Origin: an uncultured Gammaproteobacteria bacterium
GTDB taxonomy: Bacteria > Patescibacteriota > Patescibacteriia > Patescibacteriales > UBA12465
Direction of reading: 5' to 3'
DNA: 64,000 nucleotides
Assembly: GCA_964587195.1 (NCBI GenBank)
Contig: CAZPKN010000001.1
Location: forward strand, 341-64,340
Under the pieces are notes generated by a model, which worked only from the letters and a program-made list of their open reading frames with translations, was not told the origin of the DNA and did not search any database. Within the stretch, counting starts at the first letter, position 1. Every line of letters starts with the position of its first letter. The position numbers and the translations under genes are program-made. Of this stretch, positions 48,314 to 57,408 are shown piece after piece.

Positions 48314-49502
48314 GGCCATTTCGTTAAAAAAGAAAGGCCCAAAAATAATAAAGCACTCTAATCTTCCTCTCCTATATGTTTTGGGGTTAGTGTTAGCGGT
48401 ATCAGCTGCTTTACCTGCCTACGTTCAATCAAACTTCTTAAATAAATTTATCAGTTTAGGGACTTTAAGCTTATTCTTTATTATCGCCAACGCTTTAACC
48501 GTTCTATGCATTATCATCTTTCCGCGAGCCATAAAATCTCTCAGTAACTTTGTCACTACTAAAATAACCGTCGGTTTGTTCGGCGCATCTTTATTGTCTC
48601 TTTCTTTGGTCGATGGCCCGACATCGGCTCTTTGGGCTATTATATTTTTTACGATCGCCAGTAATCTTCTTTGGATAAACATGGACATTCTCGTTGAAAC
48701 GTTTTCTAAAAACGCTTCAACCGGAACTATTCGCACCGTCTATTTCACCTTCATCAACCTAGGCTGGATCATTTCACCAACATTATCAAGTTGGTTGATT
48801 AATTTCAGCGGCTACCAATTAATTTTTGTAATAGCTGCTTTTCTAACCGTACCGGTTTTCTTTGTGCTGTCTCGCCAGAAGGACAATTTAAAAAAAGAGG
48901 CAAAATATCACCATGAAAAACTTAGGATTGTTTTAAAAAACACCTGGCGTAATAAGAACTTGCGAGGTATATTCTTCATCGCCCTTCTTCTGCAGATTTT
49001 CTATAATACCGCTGTTGTTTATCTCCCCATCTACCTCCATCAAAATTTAGGCATCGCCTGGAGTGAGCTCGGCTTAATCTTCTCTATCATGTTAATCCCC
49101 TTTTTAGTCTTTGAAATTCCCGCCGGGATAATCGCCGATAAATACTTAGGGGAAAAGGAATTTTTGTTCACTGGCTTCGCGATTTTAGTTATTTCTTTGT
49201 TATTATTTTTCTTCGTTAAAACGACCAATTTTTGGATTTGGGCCAGTATTTTATTCTTCAGCCGTATTGGCGCAGCCTTAATAGAAGCAATGCGCGAAAG
49301 CTATTTCTTTAAGTTAGTTGATGCTAAAGATATTAGCTATATTAATTTCTTTAGAGCGTCGGCTCCGCTTGGCTATGTAATCGGGCCGATTTTGGCAATT
49401 ATAATCTTGACCTTCTTGCCTATTAATTATATTTTTATGAGCATTGCGATCCTAACCATGTCGGCCTTCTACTTTATCTATTCCCTCAAAGACACCAAAT
49501 AG
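48294..49502 (+). CDS. MFS transporter
   Basis: 12 TM segments; EIPAGIIADKYLGEK motif. Confidence 0.85.
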   Translation: MPTKKDKAISLKKKGPKIIKHSNLPLLYVLGLVLAVSAALPAYVQSNFLNKFISLGTLSLFFIIANALTVLCIIIFPRAIKSLSNFVTTKITVGLFGASLLSLSLVDGPTSALWAIIFFTIASNLLWINMDILVETFSKNASTGTIRTVYFTFINLGWIISPTLSSWLINFSGYQLIFVIAAFLTVPVFFVLSRQKDNLKKEAKYHHEKLRIVLKNTWRNKNLRGIFFIALLLQIFYNTAVVYLPIYLHQNLGIAWSELGLIFSIMLIPFLVFEIPAGIIADKYLGEKEFLFTGFAILVISLLLFFFVKTTNFWIWASILFFSRIGAALIEAMRESYFFKLVDAKDISYINFFRASAPLGYVIGPILAIIILTFLPINYIFMSIAILTMSAFYFIYSLKDTK

Positions 49503-49653
49503 TCCAAGAGTTGACTTTAGGGACACTTTTTTATAGAATAATTATCAGTTACTAAAGATAGTTGAAGGGCTAATTATAATATTAATAGGCGGGGTAATCC
49601 CCGCTGAAGTGTGAAATTAATAGGCAGGCTTGCCTCGCTGAAGCGAAGCGAAA

Positions 49654-49725
49654 GCGGGTATCGTATAGTGGTTATTACCTAAGGTTTCCAACCTTATGAG
49701 AGGGGTCCGATTCCCCTTACCCGCT
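49654..49725 (+). tRNA. tRNA-Gly(TCC), with atypical T-loop TCCGATT
   Basis: Acceptor gcgggta/tacccgc, anticodon arm taagg-ttTCCaa-cctta, discriminator T. Confidence 0.92.
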
Positions 49726-50182
49726 CAATTAAAAACAACATCCGACAGGGTGTTGTTTTTAATTGTATGGAATGAATGGGAATCGGACTGGTTGAAAGTG
49801 AGCGAGGACTGAGGTCGGAAGACCGAGGGACGAAGCGAACGTCGGACGGCTTGCCTTGAATGGCAAGCCGAACGCCAACCCCGGACAAGTGAACGAGGCG
49901 CTTTCCGGCGCCGAGTGAGCGCGGAACCTGCCTGCCGGCAGGCAGGTTCCCCTTACCCGCTCAATTAAAAACAACATCCGACAGGGTGTTGTTTTTAATT
50001 GTATGGAATGAATGGGAATCGGACTGGTTGAAAGTGAGCGAGGACTGAGGTCGGAAGACCGAGGGACGAAGCGAACGTCGGACGGCTTGCCTTGAATGGC
50101 AAGCCGAACGCCAACCCCGGACAAGTGAACGAGGCGCTTTCCGGCGCCGAGTGAGCGCGGAACCTGCCTGCCGGTAGGCAGC
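49711..50182 (+). repeat. two near-identical 236-bp tRNA-linked structured units (Gly)
   Basis: ttccccttacccgctcaattaaaaac at 49711 and 49947; each unit ends in the 20-bp palindrome (49927-49946, 50163-50182). Confidence 0.93.
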
Positions 50183-50601
50183 TATACTACCTTGTCTTTT
50201 TTTATTGCTTTCAATAAAAAAACCGCTAGCCCTAAAAAGATGATATGCAAAAAGAAGTCCGTTGGTGTTAAATTAAAAACAAATAACTCACCAAGCAATG
50301 AGATTATCCCCGCCCCAGAAATTATCAGCGCCCAAATAAGGGCAAGTGATAAAAAAATAATTAAGCTAAGATAAACTTGCTTAATATATTTATTAATAAT
50401 CAATAATAATCCGGCGGAAATTTCGACCGCAACAATAAACCAAGATAAAACTGGCGGTAAGTCTAAATTAATTAATTCCTGCGATGCTGACGCTGGGAAA
50501 ATAATTCTAAAGATTCCGGCGGATAAAAAAACTAGCGCCAGAAAATAGCGCCCAAAAAAGCTTGGAATATTAGTTTTTTCTTTAATAGCGCCCGAATTCA
50601 T
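50182..50601 (-). CDS. DoxX family membrane protein
   Basis: GR..LALVFLSAGI, VEI.AGLLL. Confidence 0.75.
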   Translation of the reverse strand: MNSGAIKEKTNIPSFFGRYFLALVFLSAGIFRIIFPASASQELINLDLPPVLSWFIVAVEISAGLLLIINKYIKQVYLSLIIFLSLALIWALIISGAGIISLLGELFVFNLTPTDFFLHIIFLGLAVFLLKAIKKDKVV

Positions 50602-51286
50602 ATTTAATCTTATTTTGTTTTATTTTCCGTCTAAAAATCGTGAACATTGCCATCCGTGTCCAGGACCAGGCGGTCGGCCACCAACCGTCTTTTTGCAAAC
50701 GGCGTGAAGAATATAATAATTTTTCTGATTTAATCATGCGAAATTTCCCTTGCCTAGCCAGGCGATCGCAATAATCATAGTCTTCCGCTAATAAAACCTC
50801 AACATCAAAGCCATTAATGGCCTCATGGGCGGTTCGAAGCGCTAAAATCCCTGCTCCGACCGAAGCCGGGGAAAAATATTGACGGAAAAAACAGAATAAA
50901 TTTGCTAAACCAGAAAAGATATTATAGGAGAAAGAATTAGGATTAAAAATAAAATAAAAACCAGCGCCGATTAATTTTCGTCTGGTAAATTCTGAGAAAG
51001 CTTTGCTTAAAAAATCTGGCTGTAAAACTGAATCCGCGTCCAGAAAAAGCAAAATCTCTCCCCGAGCGACTTTAGCGCCATTATTTCTTTGCCAAGACGG
51101 ATGATGATGTTCTTTATCTTCAATAAATATACAGCCGTTATCTTCGGCTACTTGTTTCGTTTTATCAGAAGAGCCGCCGTCAGAAACAATGATTTCATAG
51201 TCATTAAAATCTTGCTTCTTTATGGACTCTAAAAGGCGTGGCAGAAATTTTTCCTCATTTAAAGTTGGTATAATTATTGAAACCAT
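50582..51286 (-). CDS. glycosyltransferase family 2
   Basis: VSIIIPTLNEE, DGGSSD, LFLDAD, GFD..AED, SSRR. Confidence 0.93.
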   Translation of the reverse strand: MVSIIIPTLNEEKFLPRLLESIKKQDFNDYEIIVSDGGSSDKTKQVAEDNGCIFIEDKEHHHPSWQRNNGAKVARGEILLFLDADSVLQPDFLSKAFSEFTRRKLIGAGFYFIFNPNSFSYNIFSGLANLFCFFRQYFSPASVGAGILALRTAHEAINGFDVEVLLAEDYDYCDRLARQGKFRMIKSEKLLYSSRRLQKDGWWPTAWSWTRMAMFTIFRRKIKQNKIKYEFGRY

Positions 51287-51289
51287 ATT

Positions 51290-52315
51290 CTAGAAAATAG
51301 TCCGCGCTAATTCCCAATAACTCTTATCACCATACTTATACTGATAATACCACCACTCTACGCCCCAAAGATAACTTTTTTCAAAATCTATATTAATAGC
51401 ATACTGCAAGTTGGCCTTGAACTGCTCTAGATTAAAAGATTTTCGAGCCTCTTTTTCTGGTAGATAAATCATATTCCCATTAGGAACCCAGGGCTCGGCT
51501 TGTAACTCAACGATATAGCGATTTTCTGGCTCAATTCCATTTATAAAAGCCTTAAGACGATAAAACCAGGCAGGGATGGGATAACGAATATATCCAGTCT
51601 GTTTTCCCCAGACAACTCGGTAAACAGTGCTGCCAAAGATATCAGCATACTTAGCCTCTTTATTCCAAAAACTTAATTCGCCAGTTGCCGAAACCATAAT
51701 CGGCCGGCTGTCTTTTGATTTTACTAACGCTAATTCTTGCCGAAAAAAATTCTCATCACTAGGAGGACAGACTCCAAAAGCATCAAAAAACGGTTCGTTT
51801 TCAAGCTGCCAAATAATAATTGCCTGATTGTCTTGATAGTGTTCAACAACTGCCGCTAACATATTTAAAGCAGCCGCTTGAGTGGCCGCTAAGCTCTTTT
51901 TCCCGGCCCAATCAGGCGCATGGCACTCCGGCCAGCGCGGTAAACGCCAGCCGATATTAGCAACAAATTTAACACCGCGTTTTTCTCCTTCAGAAATAAT
52001 ATAATCATAATCAGAAAAATCATAAACGCCGCGTTCTTTCTCAATCTGATCCCAATAAATCGGTAAGCGGATTTCTTTAACCTGCAAATCGTCCAGAGCG
52101 GCTAAATAAACTTCGCGCCAATCAAGCCCTAGTTCTTCGGAAAACTTTGTTGAAAAAGTTATTCCAAAAAAATTTGGTTCATGCTTTAAATCCCGGCGTA
52201 AAGGAAAATTACTAGCGAACTTAAAAAAATAAATCAGCAGTAAAATGATTATTAAGATTAACCAAGGCCAGCATTTTTTCCATTGATATTTTTTATGCCA
52301 ACAAAACATTGTCAT
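51290..52315 (-). CDS. clan GH-A glycoside hydrolase-like protein, membrane anchored
   Basis: RLPIYW..IE..G.YDF, WQLENEP (acid/base), ELQAEPW. Confidence 0.78.
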   Translation of the reverse strand: MTMFCWHKKYQWKKCWPWLILIIILLLIYFFKFASNFPLRRDLKHEPNFFGITFSTKFSEELGLDWREVYLAALDDLQVKEIRLPIYWDQIEKERGVYDFSDYDYIISEGEKRGVKFVANIGWRLPRWPECHAPDWAGKKSLAATQAAALNMLAAVVEHYQDNQAIIIWQLENEPFFDAFGVCPPSDENFFRQELALVKSKDSRPIMVSATGELSFWNKEAKYADIFGSTVYRVVWGKQTGYIRYPIPAWFYRLKAFINGIEPENRYIVELQAEPWVPNGNMIYLPEKEARKSFNLEQFKANLQYAINIDFEKSYLWGVEWWYYQYKYGDKSYWELARTIF

Positions 52316-52316
52316 A

Positions 52317-53252
52317 TTAAGCTAAAATAAAATATAAACCAAGAGCGATTATTAAAACCGCGACTGATTTTTGTAAAAAAATCCGCCAAGAAAAAGTTTC
52401 TTTTAAGAGGCGCGGGGAAAGTAAAGCTAAGCCCGTACTTAATACTAATAAAAAAGCATACTGAACGCCTTGCAAGGCGTTTACTAAAGCGACGGAGCCG
52501 AGAGAAATCGCGTAATTTTGTAAAATAAACCCAGCCGAGCCGATAATTTGATTAATAACAACTAGTCCGCCCTTTTTAGTTTTCTTTTTCTTATTAAAAA
52601 TTTGTAAAACATCTTCCCTGTCTTGGCGACGTATTAAAAATAATAGAACAAAAATAGCCGCCCCGAGCCGAGTCCAAATAAAAGCACTAGCAAAAGGCTG
52701 AGATGAATAGGCGTACTTAGTCAAAATAAAATAAGAAGCATAGGCAAAAGCGGAAACAGCCGCAAAAATTAAATAACCGCTTTTAACATCTTGAGTTAAG
52801 CGTAATTTTTTCATTAGTCTCGCTAAGAAACTTCTCTGCTGAGGAAGGAGGGCGACAACCGCAATGCCGATTAGTAAAGTAAAAATTCCTAACCATTCAG
52901 AAAAAGAAAATTGTTCTTTAAAAAACAGAATTGAAAAAATGATTGAGAAAACCGGTGTTAAACCGCCAATAAAAACTAAGGTTCGAGCAGCTTCGCCACG
53001 GCGCAAAGCTTCATATAAGGTCCAAAGGGCAATCGCAAAAATAAAGCCAGCCACAATATTAATCATGAGCCAATAAACTCCCGGCCACTCTAAAAACCAA
53101 GGAGCGGCTAAAAACAAAAGCCCGCCGAATAAGCAGACAACAAAAGCATAAGCCTTGCTACTCGGCAAGACATTATCAACTAAAAATTTATCGAATAAGT
53201 TTGCAACCGCTAAAAAGAAATACGCCGATAAAGCCGTTAATATCCAAGACAT
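52317..53252 (-). CDS. EamA/DMT family transporter
   Basis: 10 TM segments in two repeats; YEALRRGEA. Confidence 0.8.
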   Translation of the reverse strand: MSWILTALSAYFFLAVANLFDKFLVDNVLPSSKAYAFVVCLFGGLLFLAAPWFLEWPGVYWLMINIVAGFIFAIALWTLYEALRRGEAARTLVFIGGLTPVFSIIFSILFFKEQFSFSEWLGIFTLLIGIAVVALLPQQRSFLARLMKKLRLTQDVKSGYLIFAAVSAFAYASYFILTKYAYSSQPFASAFIWTRLGAAIFVLLFLIRRQDREDVLQIFNKKKKTKKGGLVVINQIIGSAGFILQNYAISLGSVALVNALQGVQYAFLLVLSTGLALLSPRLLKETFSWRIFLQKSVAVLIIALGLYFILA

Positions 53253-53271
53253 AAATATCTAAAAATAAATA

Positions 53272-54555
53272 TTATTTTCCTGATTCCGAAATAATTTTCT
53301 CTATATTATAAGTTCCCATCGCCTCTCCATTTAAAAATCCGTCCATGGCGGCGCGCGCTAAGCGACCCGATGATAATAAATCAAATAACCATTCATCAAC
53401 ATATTTAGGGTCATAACTATCAATACCCGCGCCAGTACTAATTAACCATTGGCGATTAAAATCTTCCTGCGAGCCGACCGGTTCCGACATAATAATCGGC
53501 AAACCTAAAGAAGAATAAAAAGATAATTCAGACGGCTTAGTCCATAAAATATCCGTTTCATGCAAACAATCATTAAACATCTTAAAATATTCCGTTTTAT
53601 CTTCAGCAAAAATTATACCGACCCCATTTCCCTCTTTTACGCCATGCCTCTCTAATTGATGGTGAAAATAATCTCTTACTTCAGGTCTAACCCCGGCTAC
53701 CAAATTAAGTTTTATCTCACCATTTTTTATTTTCGGAACTAATTTATCTAAAATAAGGGCGCCAATTTCTTTTTGCGCTCCCGCACCGCCAACGGCAAAC
53801 GTAATGGTTAAAATTCCAGGGGCTGACTGCTCATAATCTGGCAAATGTCGAGCTATTAAATCATGATAAGAATCATTGTATCTACTGTGTATATCTAAAG
53901 TCTTTAACCGTCTCGCCAAATCTGCTTTTAATATTTCTTGATGATGGCCGACATTTTCTTTCGGCAAAGGAAAGCCGGTCACAAAAAGATTTTCTGGTTT
54001 TACTCCATACATTAAAAATCTTTTTTTGACTCTTTCACTAGGTAAGAAAAATTTTATCCGACTATCTTTCGGATAAAACGGGCCCCAGGCTCGAGAAGCG
54101 TCCGCATCGCAAATAATTGAATAAACTTCTCCTGGAAAATTAAAGTATTCAGCCATATAAGCGGCCACAAAAAAAGTCGTCACGAGCGGCAAGTTATCAG
54201 CCGATAATTTATCGATTAAATCCTTCCCTAACCCCTTCTGTAAAGACTGACGATAAAATTTTTGTTGGATTATCATCTTGGATAAGTCCCGAAAAGGATA
54301 AAACGGATCTATTTCTTGAAGCTCGTCCATGGCCTTAAAAACCAATCCACCGACCAAGGGGATTTTTTTAAAGCGAGAAATCGCTTCATATGATTTGCGG
54401 CTGCTCAGCCAGTACTTCTTTTCCCAATCGGGAATACCAGGATAGTTATTAGTACTAATCGCTTCTCCGCCCGCTAAATCAAGTAGAGGATAGGCGGCGC
54501 GCTGATGGCCGTAGCCCATGTCAGCGACAACTAAATTAATTTTTTTATCAGCCAT
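53272..54555 (-). CDS. GT-B glycosyltransferase (MGDG synthase/UgtP-like)
   Basis: DMGYGHQRAA, VTGFPL, GGAG, DILWTKPSE, GLPII..P.GSQE..N. Confidence 0.75.
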   Translation of the reverse strand: MADKKINLVVADMGYGHQRAAYPLLDLAGGEAISTNNYPGIPDWEKKYWLSSRKSYEAISRFKKIPLVGGLVFKAMDELQEIDPFYPFRDLSKMIIQQKFYRQSLQKGLGKDLIDKLSADNLPLVTTFFVAAYMAEYFNFPGEVYSIICDADASRAWGPFYPKDSRIKFFLPSERVKKRFLMYGVKPENLFVTGFPLPKENVGHHQEILKADLARRLKTLDIHSRYNDSYHDLIARHLPDYEQSAPGILTITFAVGGAGAQKEIGALILDKLVPKIKNGEIKLNLVAGVRPEVRDYFHHQLERHGVKEGNGVGIIFAEDKTEYFKMFNDCLHETDILWTKPSELSFYSSLGLPIIMSEPVGSQEDFNRQWLISTGAGIDSYDPKYVDEWLFDLLSSGRLARAAMDGFLNGEAMGTYNIEKIISESGK

Positions 54556-54576
54556 ATACTATTATTATAGCAAAGA

Positions 54577-55515
54577 TTAATAATCTCTGGCTATTGCGTC
54601 TTTACCGGCCTTAAGCTGTAAATATTGATAGGCGCTTAAAGCGGCAACCGTCGCTTGCCCGGTCGCAATCGTAATTTGCTTAAATTCGCCAGCGACAACA
54701 TCTCCAGCGACGAAAAGGCCCGGTGTCTTAGTTTCCATTTTCTCGCCGGCGATAATTTGGTTACTACTATTTCTGTCAACAAAATCAGCAACTAAGTCAG
54801 TACTAGCGATACGGCCGACTTCGATAAAGACGCCGTCGACTGGGATTTCTCTAGTAGTGCCACTTTTGGTATCAAGAATTAAAACTTGTTCAACCTTATT
54901 TTCTCCAGAAATTTTTTTTAATTCTGAATTAAGAATTATCTCAATATTATCTTTTTCCTTAACTTCGGCAACTAAGGCATCGAAGGCTCTAAACTTATCA
55001 TTGCGATGAATAAGATAAACTTGTTTAGCAATTTTTGATAAAACCTCAGCTGCATCAAGAGCCGAATTCCCGCCGCCGACTACAACTACGTCCTTATTCT
55101 TAAAAAATGGTCCGTCGCAATTAGCACAATAAGAAACTCCTCGGCCGCTCAGTTCCAACTCCCCATCAACCGCCAAGCGGCGCGGCGATAAACCCATGGA
55201 AACAATAACAGTTTTCGCCTCAAACTTATCTTTATTGGTATACAAAATAAAAGATCCATCGGATGCCGTCTCAATTTTTTTAACTTCATCGTTTTTAATT
55301 TCGACTCCAGCTTTAATAGCTTGATTATTCATTTTAGAAATCAATTCAAAAGCGCCGATATTTTCAAAGCCCGGATAGTTCTCAATTTCTCCTGCCCAAA
55401 CTAACTGGCCACCCAATTCTTTCCCGATAACCATAACCTTCATTTCCCGACGAACCGCATAAAGACCAGCAGTTAAGCCAGCTGGACCAGAGCCAATAAT
55501 TATTACATCATACAT
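54577..55515 (-). CDS. trxB: thioredoxin reductase
   Basis: GSGPAGLTAG, IENYPG, GVSYCANCDG, GGGNSA, FVAGD. Confidence 0.95.
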   Translation of the reverse strand: MYDVIIIGSGPAGLTAGLYAVRREMKVMVIGKELGGQLVWAGEIENYPGFENIGAFELISKMNNQAIKAGVEIKNDEVKKIETASDGSFILYTNKDKFEAKTVIVSMGLSPRRLAVDGELELSGRGVSYCANCDGPFFKNKDVVVVGGGNSALDAAEVLSKIAKQVYLIHRNDKFRAFDALVAEVKEKDNIEIILNSELKKISGENKVEQVLILDTKSGTTREIPVDGVFIEVGRIASTDLVADFVDRNSSNQIIAGEKMETKTPGLFVAGDVVAGEFKQITIATGQATVAALSAYQYLQLKAGKDAIARDY

Positions 55516-55839
55516 AATCTTTAAACAAAATTAATTTTATAAACTTAACAAGTATAATTATAAGGTTTTTGAGGGCGAAAAGCAAACAAAAATGTTATTA
55601 TTTTTTAAAATTAATTTTTACGTTTTTTATTAAATTTTAGTGACAAAAGTCACGATTTATAACATTTTTTCCACAGCTTATCCAAAATCATTATTTAGCT
55701 AATATTAGATAATATAAAGATTTAAGTCCAGAATTACGTGGACTTATCCCTCTTCCCTGTTGATTACTTCGCTATTTTTGTGTTAATAAGAAAAAGATGA
55801 GCGCCAACTCATCTTTTTTAAACAGCTATTAAAAAATAA

Positions 55840-56226
55840 TTAATCGATATTTTTATCCAAAAATTCTTTTAACTTGCCGAGATCTTTTGACTCATAATCA
55901 TAAACGTAGCTTCTTATTCCTACTGATCGAGCGCTATTAACAGCGTCTATGTTATGTTCAAAATACAATACTTCGTCTGCGCCCAGACTATAAATATTTA
56001 AAAAAGTTTTAAAGTAATCAGAAGAGGTTTTTTCAGGATTATGTTTTAATGTAAATAACTCATACGGCAACTTATCCAAACCAAATAATTTAACCTGTTC
56101 ATCGTTGGCATTAGTTAATACAATTTTTCTATTTGGATACCTCTCTAATAGATTGTACATTTCTTTAAAAATACCGCCTTCTTTAATTACAAAAGTATTA
56201 ACAGCGTCAACTAAGATTGTTTTCAT
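55840..56226 (-). CDS. HAD-like hydrolase (short, divergent)
   Basis: ILVDAVNT, LTN, PEK, YFEH..AV.SA.SVGI. Confidence 0.7.
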   Translation of the reverse strand: MKTILVDAVNTFVIKEGGIFKEMYNLLERYPNRKIVLTNANDEQVKLFGLDKLPYELFTLKHNPEKTSSDYFKTFLNIYSLGADEVLYFEHNIDAVNSARSVGIRSYVYDYESKDLGKLKEFLDKNID

Positions 56227-56288
56227 AATTTTATAACCTATTAGTATAGTTTATTTTATTAAAATGTTCCTCAAGGAACATTTTGGTT

Positions 56289-56870
56289 TTATTTAGCCAT
56301 TTTTAATATAGAATCAAACACGACATGGAGTTCGTTTATTCCATCACTTCCTGAAAAATGCCCCTTATCTCCGTCAATAATTATTTCTGATCCCAGCCTC
56401 TCTCTAAAATCATCTTGATTATCCAATGGAACAGATTCATCGTTACTAGAAAAAATTGCAAAGCTTTTGATAAGCTTGTTTTTAATATTATCAAAATCAA
56501 TAGGAGCCTCCAGCCATTCTTTATCAACCCCCGAAGAAATCTCTTCTTCTTCTAAATTAGTCAGTCTTTTAAAAAACCCCGCTACAAAAACTGCTCCGCC
56601 AATTTTTACTCCCTCGGGAAGCTTTTCAATAAATCGAGCAATCGCCTGACATCCTATGCTGTGGCCAACTAAATAAGTATCTTGATCGGGATTATTAATT
56701 ATTTCTCGCAGAAAGGGAATCCATACATTAATTCTCGGCTCATCAGAATTTGGCATTTCTGGAACTTCTACCAAAAATCCATTTTTCTCTAATTCTGCTT
56801 TTAACCACGGAAACCATCCCTCAGACGGATATCCGCCCCAACCGTGAATAATAAAGACTTTTTTTGACAT
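56289..56870 (-). CDS. RBBP9/YdeN family alpha/beta hydrolase
   Basis: IIHGW, WFPWL, GHSIG, SSND..VP, GHF. Confidence 0.92.
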   Translation of the reverse strand: MSKKVFIIHGWGGYPSEGWFPWLKAELEKNGFLVEVPEMPNSDEPRINVWIPFLREIINNPDQDTYLVGHSIGCQAIARFIEKLPEGVKIGGAVFVAGFFKRLTNLEEEEISSGVDKEWLEAPIDFDNIKNKLIKSFAIFSSNDESVPLDNQDDFRERLGSEIIIDGDKGHFSGSDGINELHVVFDSILKMAK

Positions 56871-57039
56871 ACTTTTTACTAAATAATACTTATACTATTA
56901 CAATTATAGTATATTTTTGAGTTAAACGATAGCCGCCACTAATTGTTCCTTAAGGAACAATTGAACATTAGATTGCCGAATTTGTGATGATGCAAACAAA
57001 TAAAAAAGGACATTATATCTCGCCTTCAACTTTATCTGC

Positions 57040-57334
57040 CTTTCGCGTCTCACTTCCAACTAGTTCAAGTCCTTTATTCCGAATCAAACAAAACAAAAGA
57101 GCCTCACGCAGGTGAGGCTCTTTTGTTTGTGGACCATAAGGGACTTGGTCACCGTCGCTAAGTCTCGCTCGCCCGCTCTAGGTGGGCTTCGCTCACTAAG
57201 CGCCCCGACCCGGCCTCGGCGGCGCACAAGCCCGCCTACCGGCAGGCAGGTGCGCATCGCCTCCGGCATTCAAGTCCCTTTTTGCGAATCAGACATAACA
57301 AAAGAAGCTCACGCAGGTGAGCTTCTTTTGTTTG
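57040..57334 (-). repeat. tRNA-linked structured element (Ala): one 205-bp unit (57130-57334) plus the start of a diverged second unit
   Basis: tggaccataagggacttg at 57130 and 57335; terminator and ttcaagtcc antisense duplicated at 57064-57129. Confidence 0.85.
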
Positions 57335-57408
57335 TGGACCATAAGGGACTTGAACCCTTGACCTCTTCCATGCCATGGAAGCGCTCTAGCCAACTGAGCT
57401 AATGGCCC
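57335..57408 (-). tRNA. tRNA-Ala(GGC)
   Basis: G3:U70 pair, anticodon arm cttcc-atGGCat-ggaag. Confidence 0.96.

Noticed and set aside
55520-55830. oriC in the AT-rich gap upstream of trxB
   Set aside because: Only one consensus and one mismatched DnaA box; no dnaA/dnaN nearby; insufficient evidence
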